The translations under genes were made by a program, and so were the position numbers. The notes beneath the pieces were generated by a model. That model was not told the origin of the DNA, searched no databases, and saw only the letters and a program-made list of their open reading frames with translations. 49,918 nucleotides of DNA from Pseudomonadota bacterium (GTDB lineage: Bacteria > Pseudomonadota > Alphaproteobacteria > Rhodobacterales > Rhodobacteraceae): assembly GCA_029567145.1 (NCBI GenBank), contig JAKQLM010000646.1:1-49918 (forward strand). Direction: 5' to 3'. Within the stretch, counting starts at the first letter, position 1, and each line of letters starts with the position of its first letter. Positions 19,108 through 27,761 of this stretch are shown here, piece after piece.

Positions 19108-19616
19108 AATGGTGAAGCGTAAAGCATGACAAGGGCCGGCAGCCACGCGGTCAGCACGCCGCTTGCCAGCGTCGCCAGCGCCGTCTGTCGCCCAAGCGGC
19201 TTGGCAAGTGCGAGGGTCAGGAAGAACAGGAACCACAGTCCGGACCAGGCGACCCAGCACAGGCCCAACCACAGATCCATCGGATTTGTTGCCGAGGTCA
19301 GGGTTCGTACGGCCTCGGGGACAACGGAGATCGACACGAAAAGGCTGAACCAGCCCAGCCCGCGTCCATCCGCGCCGGTCAGTCGGTTTACGCCGACCCA
19401 AAGGTAGGTGACGGTGAACAAAAGCGTCAACGCGGCGTCGCGCACGCCACTTGAATCGACTGCGTGGATCATGCCCAAAAGGGCGACGGTTCCGGTCACT
19501 CCTGCCGCCACGAAATTGATGACCGCGACCTCACGGTCGGCGATCTTGCCAAGCATCCACAGGCCGTTGGAAACGAGCACGGCACCGACAAAGAGCAAGG
19601 ACAGGGGCAGCAACAT
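19104..19616 (-). CDS. AmiS/UreI family urea/amide channel
   Basis: LLFVGAVLVSNG, LLFTVTYLWVG, DGRGLGWFSLFV, WVAWSGLWFLFF motifs; about 6 TM segments. Confidence 0.9.
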   Translation of the reverse strand: MLLPLSLLFVGAVLVSNGLWMLGKIADREVAVINFVAAGVTGTVALLGMIHAVDSSGVRDAALTLLFTVTYLWVGVNRLTGADGRGLGWFSLFVSISVVPEAVRTLTSATNPMDLWLGLCWVAWSGLWFLFFLTLALAKPLGRQTALATLASGVLTAWLPALVMLYASPL

Positions 19617-19653
19617 GCAGAATAGCCTCGGGAATGCCCGTCCTGCCGGGGTT

Positions 19654-19675
19654 GCAGCCCGAAGAACCGGGCTGC
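19654..19675. promoter_or_regulatory. Intercistronic stem-loop between bhcD and ureI
   Basis: GCAGCCCG-AAGAAC-CGGGCTGC; no U-tract. Confidence 0.45.
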
Positions 19676-19697
19676 TGCAGGGCGGTCGCTTGGGGGG

Positions 19698-20663
19698 TCA
19701 GACGTCGACCTTGATGGCCAGCCCGTTCTTTTGCGCAAGGACAACGACCGCCGCTGCGACGGCCAGGTCCTGCAGGCCGACACCCGTGCCATCAAAAAGC
19801 GTGATCTGATCGGCAGACGTGCGCCCGGGATGCGTGCCGTTGATCACCTCACCAAGCTGGGTGATGTCCGCTTCCCGGATCAGCCCTGCCGCAATCGCGT
19901 GCTGCGCCTCGCCGATTGAGACCGATTGCGCGATCTCGTCGGTAAAGACGGTGGCCTTGGCCAGCAAGGCGGGGTCAAGCTCCTGCTTGCCTTTGGTATC
20001 GGTGCCCATGCAGGCGATATGGGTGCCGGGGCTGACATGCCCGGCCATCAGGATCGGCTGGAAGGACGAGGCGATGGTGATGATCACGTCGGCCTCGCGC
20101 ATGCCCGGCAGATCGACCGCCTCGAACGGCAGGCCAGCCTCGGCCGCCACTTCGCCAAGGCCCGGCAGCATGTCGGGGTGGAAGTTCCAGCCGATGACCT
20201 TTTCATAGCTTCCATGCTTCAGCGCAGCCCGAAGCTGGAACTTGGCCTGATGGCCAGCGCCAACCATGCCGATCACCCGGGCATCCTTGCGCGCCAGGTG
20301 CCTGATCGACACCGACGACGCCGCCGCTGTCCGCAACGCGGTCAGAAGGTTGCCGCCGACCATCGCCGAGACCATGCCGGTATCGGGGTCGAAGAGGAAA
20401 ATCATGGACTGGTGATTGATCAGCCCGTGCTTGGCCAGGTTGTTCGGCCAGTATCCGCCCGCCTTCAGGCCCAAAGTCAGCCCGGCCCGGTCAAAACCGC
20501 CCTTGAACCCGTAAAGGGCATCTTCATGGCCAATCGCCTCGCGGACGACCGGGAAGTTGTAGGCCTGTCCCGCCGCCATGGCAGCAAAGACCTTTTCCAC
20601 GGCATCAAAGGCCGCTTCGGGCGTCATCAACTTGGGAATGTCGCGTTCGGGGACGATCAGCAT
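19698..20663 (-). CDS. bhcD: Iminosuccinate reductase (ornithine cyclodeaminase/mu-crystallin family)
   Basis: YNFPVVREAIGHEDALYGFKGG, GLKAGGYWPNN, LTALRTAA, FDGTGVGLQDLA; fourth gene of bhc order. Confidence 0.93.
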   Translation of the reverse strand: MLIVPERDIPKLMTPEAAFDAVEKVFAAMAAGQAYNFPVVREAIGHEDALYGFKGGFDRAGLTLGLKAGGYWPNNLAKHGLINHQSMIFLFDPDTGMVSAMVGGNLLTALRTAAASSVSIRHLARKDARVIGMVGAGHQAKFQLRAALKHGSYEKVIGWNFHPDMLPGLGEVAAEAGLPFEAVDLPGMREADVIITIASSFQPILMAGHVSPGTHIACMGTDTKGKQELDPALLAKATVFTDEIAQSVSIGEAQHAIAAGLIREADITQLGEVINGTHPGRTSADQITLFDGTGVGLQDLAVAAAVVVLAQKNGLAIKVDV

Positions 20664-20674
20664 GGTTGCCTCGG

Positions 20675-20687
20675 TTCACAGTGTGAA
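20675..20687. promoter_or_regulatory. Perfect palindrome TTCACA-G-TGTGAA just upstream of bhcD (IclR-like box)
   Basis: Seen directly; TTCA-N5-TGAA also at 24201-24213. Confidence 0.45.
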
Positions 20688-20689
20688 AT

Positions 20690-20726
20690 GCCCGCGCTTG
20701 CATTCTGGGGTCTGCAAAGCGCGGGC
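20690..20726. promoter_or_regulatory. Stem-loop between bhcC and bhcD
   Basis: GCCCGCGCTT...AAGCGCGGGC 10-bp outer stem. Confidence 0.5.
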
Positions 20727-20767
20727 TTGTCCTGCGCCGGGAAGCGGCGCAGAGCAAAGGTGACGGA

Positions 20768-21931
20768 TCAGTAGGCCTTGCCGCGGGCCGAGACCGGCCA
20801 GACGGTTTCCACAACCCCGTTGCGGACGCCAACATACCAGTCATGCACGTTGCAGGTCGGGTCACAGTGGCCAGGGACCAGCTTCAACTTGTCGTTGACC
20901 TTCAGCACGCCAGCCGGGTCTTCGACCACGCCATGTTCATCGCTGCACTTGACGTATTTCACATCCGTCCGGCCAAAGACCACCGGCAGGCCACTATCGA
21001 CCGACTGCGCCTTGAGGCCCGCATCGACGATGGCCTTGTCAGCCTTGGCGTGGGACATGACCGAGGTCAGGATGAACAGCGCGTTTTCCCATTCGCCCTG
21101 GTCGATCCGCTGGCCGTTCTGGTCGAGGATGCGGCCATAGTCGGCATCCATGAAGGCGTAGCTGCCGCACTGAAGCTCGTTGTAGACGCCCGAAGTGCTT
21201 TCAAAGTAGTAGCTTCCGGTGCCGCCGCCGCCGACGATGTCGCAGGCAATGCCGTCCGACTTCAGCGTGTCCACGGCGTCCTTCACCTGTGCCACGGCCA
21301 GGTCAATCTTGGCCTTGCGGTCGGCATAGCTGTCCATGTGCTGCATCGCGCCCTGATAGGCCTGGATGCCGGCAAACTTCAGGCCGGGTGCCGCGTTGAT
21401 CGCCTTGGCCAGGGCCACAACCTCGGGCGTGGTCTTCACGCCGCAGCGGCCCGCGCCGCAGTCGATTTCCACCAGGCACTCGATCGTCGTGCCATGCTTG
21501 ACCGCTGCCGCCGACAGGTCGGCCACGTTGTCCAGCATGTCCACGCAGCAGATCGTCCGGGCGCCCAGCTTGGGCAGACGGGCCAGACGGTCGATCTTTG
21601 CCGGGTCGCGGACCTGGTTCGACACCAGCACGTCCTTGATGCCGCCCCGGGCAAAGACTTCGGCCTCGGAGACCTTCTGGCAGCAGACTCCGACCGACCC
21701 GCCAAGGCGTTCCTGCAACAGGGCCACGTCGACCGACTTGTGCATCTTGCCATGCACGCGGTGGCGCATGCCGTGGGCTTTTGCATAGTCGCCCATCTTC
21801 TTGATGTTCCGCTCCAGCGCATCAAGGTCGAGAACCAGACAGGGCGTCTGGATGTCGCCTTCCGCCATGCCCGGAACAGCGGGGATGTCATAGCCCACGT
21901 CCATCTTGTCGAAATTCACGGGTGCGTTCAT
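20768..21931 (-). CDS. bhcC: beta-hydroxyaspartate aldolase (PLP, alanine-racemase fold)
   Basis: DVGYDIPA, RVHGKMHKS, CCQKVSEAE, GGGGTG, ELQCGSYAFMD, SDEHG, PGHCDPTCN. Confidence 0.95.
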   Translation of the reverse strand: MNAPVNFDKMDVGYDIPAVPGMAEGDIQTPCLVLDLDALERNIKKMGDYAKAHGMRHRVHGKMHKSVDVALLQERLGGSVGVCCQKVSEAEVFARGGIKDVLVSNQVRDPAKIDRLARLPKLGARTICCVDMLDNVADLSAAAVKHGTTIECLVEIDCGAGRCGVKTTPEVVALAKAINAAPGLKFAGIQAYQGAMQHMDSYADRKAKIDLAVAQVKDAVDTLKSDGIACDIVGGGGTGSYYFESTSGVYNELQCGSYAFMDADYGRILDQNGQRIDQGEWENALFILTSVMSHAKADKAIVDAGLKAQSVDSGLPVVFGRTDVKYVKCSDEHGVVEDPAGVLKVNDKLKLVPGHCDPTCNVHDWYVGVRNGVVETVWPVSARGKAY

Positions 21932-21934
21932 TGC

Positions 21935-22891
21935 TCAGGTTCCTTGGATCCAGGGCAGCTTGTCGAGATCGACATTGCCGCCGGTGATGATGATGCCAAC
22001 CCGCTTGCCGCGGAAGGCGTCGGCGTTTTTAAGGATCGTGGCGAGGGGAACAGCACTTGAGGGTTCCATGACCACGCGCAGATGCTTCCAGATCAGTTTC
22101 ATCGCGTCGATGATTTCCTGCTCTGAAGCGGTGCAGATTTCGCTGACATGGTTCTTGACGAAGTGCCAGGTCAGATCCTTCAGCGGGACCAGCAGGCCAT
22201 CGGCGATGGTCTTGGGCGCGTCGTCGGCGATGATGTGCCCGGCCTTGAAGCTGCGATAGGCGTCGTCGGCCTGCTCCGGCTCGGCCGCGATGACCTTGGT
22301 TTCGGGCGCCAGCGTCGCCAGCGTCAGGCAGGTGCCCGAGATCATCCCGCCGCCGCCGATGGGGGCCACCACCATGTCAAGCCCTCCGGTCTGCTCCATG
22401 AACTCGCGCGAGCAGGTGCCTTGACCCGCGATCACGCGGGGGTCGTTGTAGGGATGCACGAAATCGCCGCCCGATGCCTCCTGGACCTTGGCGAAGGTCG
22501 CCTCGCGGCTGGTGGTCGAGGGTTCGCATTCGGTGATCACGCCGCCATAGCGACGGACCGTGTCCTTTTTGGCCTGAGGTGCCGTGCGCGGCATCACCAC
22601 GTTGCAGGGGATGCCCCGCAGCATGGCGGCATACGACAGGCACGAGGCATGGTTGCCCGAGGAATGGGTGGCCACGCCCTTTTTCGCCTGTTCTTCGGAA
22701 AGGCCAAATACCGCATTCGACGCGCCGCGCACCTTGAAGGCGCCGGGTTCCTGAAAGTTCTCGCACTTGAAGAACAGCTGTGCGCCGGTCAGGTCGTTAA
22801 GGTAGTCCGAGGTCCGCACCGGGGTCAGGCGGATATGCGGCTTGATGCGCTCATGCGCGGCAAGCATGTCGTCATAGGTCGGGATATACAT
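21935..22891 (-). CDS. bhcB: beta-hydroxyaspartate dehydratase (Ser/Thr dehydratase family)
   Basis: FKCENFQEPGAFKVRGA, THSSGNHA, PIGGGGM, TGGNVDLDKLPW; start ATG 22891 with GAGGAG RBS. Confidence 0.93.
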   Translation of the reverse strand: MYIPTYDDMLAAHERIKPHIRLTPVRTSDYLNDLTGAQLFFKCENFQEPGAFKVRGASNAVFGLSEEQAKKGVATHSSGNHASCLSYAAMLRGIPCNVVMPRTAPQAKKDTVRRYGGVITECEPSTTSREATFAKVQEASGGDFVHPYNDPRVIAGQGTCSREFMEQTGGLDMVVAPIGGGGMISGTCLTLATLAPETKVIAAEPEQADDAYRSFKAGHIIADDAPKTIADGLLVPLKDLTWHFVKNHVSEICTASEQEIIDAMKLIWKHLRVVMEPSSAVPLATILKNADAFRGKRVGIIITGGNVDLDKLPWIQGT

Positions 22892-22904
22892 GCCCTCTCC
22901 TCGC

Positions 22905-24077
22905 TTAAGCGGTTGTCGTGTTGCGGTAGTAGTCCTGCGCCGCAGCGACGCCGGCACCAAGCTTGATGTCCAGGCCCAGGTCAACCATGCACATTTCGGC
23001 GGTGGCAATGCCCGACAGGGCAAGCACGTCGGTCAGCATCCCAAGATGCCCGATACGGAACACCTTGCCCGCGACCTCGCCCAGCCCGACGCCGAAAGCG
23101 ACGCCGTATTTCGATGCGGCATGCGTCACGATCTGGGTGGCGTTGAAGCCTCCCGGGGTGCGGATCGCGCTGATCGTGTCGGAATAGACCTCCGGCCCGG
23201 CAGCACAAAGGTTCAGGCCCCAGGCATGCACCGCGCGGCGCACCCCTTCGGCAATCCGGTGATGGCGGGCGAAGACGTTCTCAAGGCCCTCCTCAAGGAT
23301 CATCTCGGACGACAGCTTCAGCCCGTTCATCAGACCGACCGGCGGCGTGTAGGGGAAGGCATTGGCGGCATAACCCTTGGTCATGTCGGCGATATCGAAG
23401 AAGGTCCGCGGCAGTTTCGCGGTTTTCGAGGCCTCGATGGCCTTGTCCGAGAAGCCAAGGATCGCAAGCCCGACGGGCAGCATAAAGCCCTTCTGGCTAC
23501 CGGTCACGGCAATATCGACGCCCCATTCGTCAAAGCGGAAGTCCATCGACGCGATCGACGAGACGCCGTCCACGAACAGAAGGGCGGGATGCTTGGCCGC
23601 ATCAAGCGCCCGGCGCACCGCGGCGATGTCGGATTTCACGCCGGTCGCCGTTTCGTTGTGCGTGGCAAGCACGACCTTGATCTGGTGGCCCTTGTCGGCG
23701 GCGAGGATTTCTTCGTAGCGGTCGGCGGGCAGGCCCTGACCCCAGGGGGTCTCGACGATTTCCACGTTCAGCCCGTGGCGCTGGCACATGTCGATCCAGC
23801 GGTGGCTGAACATGCCGTTGCGCGCGGCCAGCACCTTGTCGCCCGCCGACAGCGTGTTGCTGATCGCGGTTTCCCAGCCGCCGGTTCCGGTGGACGGGTA
23901 GATGAAGACATGCGCCTTGTCCGACTTCAAGATCTTGCGAACATTGGCAAGGCAGGGGTGAAGGATCTTTGCGAATGCAGGCGACCGGTGGTCGATGGTC
24001 GGCACATAGCAGGCTTTGCGAACCTCTTCGGGCATGTTGGTCGGCCCGGGAATGAAGACTGGGTTCTGCTGGCTCAT
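22905..24077 (-). CDS. bhcA: L-aspartate-glyoxylate aminotransferase (class V)
   Basis: QNPVFIPGPTNMP, HNETATGV, DGVSS, TGSQKGFML, FRIGHLG; first gene of bhcABCD. Confidence 0.95.
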   Translation of the reverse strand: MSQQNPVFIPGPTNMPEEVRKACYVPTIDHRSPAFAKILHPCLANVRKILKSDKAHVFIYPSTGTGGWETAISNTLSAGDKVLAARNGMFSHRWIDMCQRHGLNVEIVETPWGQGLPADRYEEILAADKGHQIKVVLATHNETATGVKSDIAAVRRALDAAKHPALLFVDGVSSIASMDFRFDEWGVDIAVTGSQKGFMLPVGLAILGFSDKAIEASKTAKLPRTFFDIADMTKGYAANAFPYTPPVGLMNGLKLSSEMILEEGLENVFARHHRIAEGVRRAVHAWGLNLCAAGPEVYSDTISAIRTPGGFNATQIVTHAASKYGVAFGVGLGEVAGKVFRIGHLGMLTDVLALSGIATAEMCMVDLGLDIKLGAGVAAAQDYYRNTTTA

Positions 24078-24132
24078 GGTCGATCTCCTGATTTTGTAGG
24101 GTCAGACTAGTGGCATTCGGCGTGGCAGGATA

Positions 24133-24213
24133 TTTTTTTGAAATCGAATTTCGTTTTGGAAAACTTTGGAGAATCCATTATCTGTCAGAGGGTTGCATTT
24201 TTCATGCGGTGAA
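24133..24213. promoter_or_regulatory. AT-rich bhcA promoter region with IclR-like dyads
   Basis: GAAAT-CGA-ATTTC (24140-24152) and TTCA-TGCGG-TGAA (24201-24213). Confidence 0.45.
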
Positions 24214-24438
24214 GCGGTCTTTCCGAAGGATCTTGAGGCAGTTTATGAAAAAGAACGAAAATGGCGATGATCCCCCATGCCGGGCTTTTCCTGGTCAGGT
24301 TAAGACCCACGCAAGCATGACCGGCCCGACACGTCGGCTGCGCCAGACAGCGCAGAAGGACCTGAAAAGGCCGGTCATGGAAGCAGCGCGGAAGGTGCCG
24401 CTGGCAATCGGAGGAGAGCTGCGGAACCTTGACTGACG

Positions 24439-25284
24439 TCACCGCCGGGAAGGGGCGGCTGCGGTCAGGTTAAGCGGCATGTGCCGGTTCACGTCCTTGT
24501 AAAGCAGATAGCGGAACGGACCCGGCCCGCCCGCATAGCAGGCTTGCGGGCAAAAGGCGCGAAGCCACATGAAATCTCCGGCCTCGACTTCAACCCAGTC
24601 ACTGTTCAGACGATAGGCGGCCTTGCCTTCAAGGACGTAAAGGCCGTGCTCCATCACATGCGTTTCAAGAAACGGGATGACGGCGCCGGGTTGCAGCGTG
24701 ACAATCGTGACATGCATGTCGTGGCGCAGGTCCAGCGGGTCGACAAACCGTGTCGTTGCCCATTTTCCTTCGGTTCCCGCCATCGGCGTCGGCGCGATGT
24801 CATTTTCGTTCAGGACCAGAACATCGGGGGCGTCCAGGCCGTCGACGGCATCATAGGCCTTGCGGATCCAATGGAACCGCAGCACCGCCGATCCTTTGTT
24901 GTGCAAGGTCCAGGGCGTGCCCGGCGGAAGGTAGGCATAGCCGCCGGGTGTCAGGTCATGGCTGACGCCGCCAACGACAAGTCTGGCAGCACCTTCGACC
25001 ACAAAAAGCACGGACTGCGCCCCGGCATCGACTTCCGGACGATCCGAGCCACCCCCCGGCTGAACCTCCATGATGTACTGCGAGAACGTTTCGGCAAAAC
25101 CGCTCATGGGGCGTGCAATCACCCAAAGCCGGGTTTCGGACCAGAACGGAAGAAAGCTGGTCACGATGTCGCGCATGGTGCCCTTCGGCAAGACCGCATA
25201 GGCGTTGGTAAAGATTGCGCGATCCGTCAGCAGCTGGTCCTGTCCGGGGTGCCCGCCCTGTGGGGCGTAGTACTGCCTGCTCAT
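24439..25284 (-). CDS. allE: (S)-ureidoglycine aminohydrolase / bifunctional allantoicase-type bicupin
   Basis: YYAPQGGHP, DIVTSFLP, FAETFSQY, ETHVMEHGLYVLEG, YLLYKDVNRH. Confidence 0.92.
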   Translation of the reverse strand: MSRQYYAPQGGHPGQDQLLTDRAIFTNAYAVLPKGTMRDIVTSFLPFWSETRLWVIARPMSGFAETFSQYIMEVQPGGGSDRPEVDAGAQSVLFVVEGAARLVVGGVSHDLTPGGYAYLPPGTPWTLHNKGSAVLRFHWIRKAYDAVDGLDAPDVLVLNENDIAPTPMAGTEGKWATTRFVDPLDLRHDMHVTIVTLQPGAVIPFLETHVMEHGLYVLEGKAAYRLNSDWVEVEAGDFMWLRAFCPQACYAGGPGPFRYLLYKDVNRHMPLNLTAAAPSRR

Positions 25285-25542
25285 GGTCTTCCTCGCTGAC
25301 TTCAGGTTTTCTTACGGGACCTTAGAACCAGGGTTGCCAAGAGACCATGAGGCTTCCCACGACATGAGCTTTCCGAAATACTTGAAGATCCTCCACAGAT
25401 TTTGTTGTCTGGACTGCACAGTGCTGATCCGCTTTATCCTGCAGGCGTGCGGCTTTGGTAACTCCAGGTCCCTTGCCATAGCGCCTGCGCCGGGCTGTGT
25501 TGGCCAGATTGCAGGCGTGTCCCTGTCGATGAAAGCCGAGGC

Positions 25543-27066
25543 ATGTTGAAACCAGGCTCTCCCTTCGGACCTCGCGCAACCCGCAATCTTGTGCTGGCCG
25601 GGTGGATCGCGCTTGTGGTTGTGGCGCTGGGTGTTGCGGCAAAGATCGAGCAAAGCCGTCTGCTGAGCGAATTCTCTGATCAGGTAACCATCCTGCATCG
25701 GCAGCTGTCGCAGCGGGTTGACCAGCACGACGCGCATCTGACAGCACTTTCGGCTGTCGCCACCGCCGAAGGGACAAGCCGAACCGAGGTCTTCCGGCAG
25801 GTCGCCGATACGATCGTGCGCTTTTACCCGCGGATCACCGCGGTTGACCTGGTGGCGCTTTACGACGAAGGCGAGTTCCTCTCTACGCGCCCCGGCGCTG
25901 ACGCAGCGACGATCAAGGCCATCCGCAAGGCGGCATTGTCATCGGACGGTCAGCTTGCCCTGCTTGCAGCCCCCAACGCCCCCGGAAGCTATCTGCTGGT
26001 CAAGCGCAGCCCCAACACCCCTGATGCGCGGTATGGCATCGCGCTGGAGATCGAAGGGGCGGGTCTTTTCGACGGGGGGACGTCGATCGACCTGACGCTC
26101 TTTCTGCCAGATGGCACGCCTTTGGTTGGCGTTCGGCAGGCCGACATCCCCCGGTTCGAAAAAGAGCTTGGCAGCCAGTCGCAACCCCTGATCTTGCAGG
26201 CAAGATTTGCGCCAGACTTGGCGGACACTCTGACGTTCGGGCAGGCCGTCACCATTATCGTCCTGACAACGCTGGTCTATCTGGGCCTTGTCCTTGGGCT
26301 GGGGCAATACGCCCGCGCGCGGCGGGCAGAACGGCAGGCCCATTTCAGCGCGCAGGACGCGCGGCTGGCCCATGCCTCGCGGGTGAATGTGCTGGGCGAA
26401 ATGGCCAGCGGGATGGCACATGAGCTGACGCAGCCCCTGACTGCGATCCTGAGCCAGGCCCAGGCTGGCCTGCATCTGGCCCGGCGCGGTGAGGTCGCCG
26501 CCATGGAGCCGGTCATGACGCAGATTGCTGGACAGGCAAAGCGGGCCTCGGCGATCCTGGAAAGCCTGCGCAACTGGACCAGGCCCGTGCCCCCGATCAA
26601 GCAGTCCGCCGACGTCAACCGGGCGCTGCAAAGCGTCCAGCTTTTGCTTTCGCCAAAGGCACAGACCCAGAAGGTCGACCTGACCTTCAAGGCCGGTGTC
26701 GGCCCGACCTGGATCCTTGGCGACCAGATCGAGATCGAGCAGATCGTCTTCAACCTTGTCCACAACGCAATCGACGCCGCATCGGGCACAGCCGGGGCGC
26801 GCGTCTCCGTTTCCCTTGCTGCGGTGGCAGACCCGGTCGTGGTCGACGTCTCCGACACCGGCCCTGGCGTTCCCGCCGATCTGAGAAGCCGCGTGTTCGA
26901 GCCGTTTGTGTCGGGCAAACCTGATGGCACCGGGCTTGGGCTTGCGCTCTGCCAGCGTCTTGCCGAACGGATGGGGGGCGAAGTTGCGCTTCTGGATGGC
27001 CTTCCGACCACATTCCGGGTCATCCTGCGCAGACAACCCGCCCGAAAGGATGAGGTCAGCCGGTGA
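25543..27066 (+). CDS. Membrane sensor histidine kinase
   Basis: Two TM segments flanking a periplasmic domain; H-box MAHELTQPL, N-box NLVHNAIDA, DTGPG, GTGLGL. Confidence 0.93.
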   Translation: MLKPGSPFGPRATRNLVLAGWIALVVVALGVAAKIEQSRLLSEFSDQVTILHRQLSQRVDQHDAHLTALSAVATAEGTSRTEVFRQVADTIVRFYPRITAVDLVALYDEGEFLSTRPGADAATIKAIRKAALSSDGQLALLAAPNAPGSYLLVKRSPNTPDARYGIALEIEGAGLFDGGTSIDLTLFLPDGTPLVGVRQADIPRFEKELGSQSQPLILQARFAPDLADTLTFGQAVTIIVLTTLVYLGLVLGLGQYARARRAERQAHFSAQDARLAHASRVNVLGEMASGMAHELTQPLTAILSQAQAGLHLARRGEVAAMEPVMTQIAGQAKRASAILESLRNWTRPVPPIKQSADVNRALQSVQLLLSPKAQTQKVDLTFKAGVGPTWILGDQIEIEQIVFNLVHNAIDAASGTAGARVSVSLAAVADPVVVDVSDTGPGVPADLRSRVFEPFVSGKPDGTGLGLALCQRLAERMGGEVALLDGLPTTFRVILRRQPARKDEVSR

Positions 27067-27671
27067 GCCTGCCTGTCTATCTGGTCGACGACGACGATGC
27101 GGTGCGCGAGGCGCTGTCGCTGTTGTTGCGGACGGTCGGCCTTCAGGTGCGCGGCTTTTCATCGCCGGAAGGGCTTTTGGCCAGTGTCGGCGGCTTGGCA
27201 CCGGGCTGTCTGGTCCTGGATATCCGGATGCCCACCATGTCCGGCCTGAAATTGCAGACGACGCTGATCGACCGGGGGATCAACTGGCCCACGGTGGTCA
27301 TCAGCGGCCATGGCGACATCGAGGCCTGCCGTCGCGCCTTTCGCAACGGCGCGATTGATTTCCTTGGCAAACCGGTCGACGAGCAGGACCTGATCGACGC
27401 GATCCAGAAGGGTCATGATGCACTTGAACAACAGCAGCGCCACACGGCCGAGGCCAGTGAGGCCCACGACCTGATCTCGCGGCTGACCCAGCGTGAGGCG
27501 GAGGTGCTTGAGATGGTGGCAAAGGGCCTGACGACCCGGCAGATATCGGACGCCTTGGGGCTTTCGGCGCGGACGGTCGACAGCCATCGCGCGGCGATTG
27601 CGGCCAAGACCGGCACAGCTTCGACGGCGGAACAGACCCGGCTGTGGCTGGATGGCCGGACGCGTAGGTAG
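27063..27671 (+). CDS. FixJ/LuxR-family response regulator
   Basis: LVDDD, LDIRMP, ISGHGD, FLGKP, LTQREAEVL HTH; overlaps kinase stop. Confidence 0.95.
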   Translation: MSLPVYLVDDDDAVREALSLLLRTVGLQVRGFSSPEGLLASVGGLAPGCLVLDIRMPTMSGLKLQTTLIDRGINWPTVVISGHGDIEACRRAFRNGAIDFLGKPVDEQDLIDAIQKGHDALEQQQRHTAEASEAHDLISRLTQREAEVLEMVAKGLTTRQISDALGLSARTVDSHRAAIAAKTGTASTAEQTRLWLDGRTRR

Positions 27672-27699
27672 AACTACCGAGGGCGTCGCAAGGTCTACG
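27667..27699. promoter_or_regulatory. Putative response-regulator binding site upstream of heme-binding gene
   Basis: GGTAG-AA-CTACC dyad, with a second CTACG half-site 21 bp downstream. Confidence 0.45.
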
Positions 27700-27761
27700 G
27701 ATGGCGAGGGCGGATCGGTCCGGATTAGACCCGGACCACCGTAACCCGATGGAGAAAAGAC

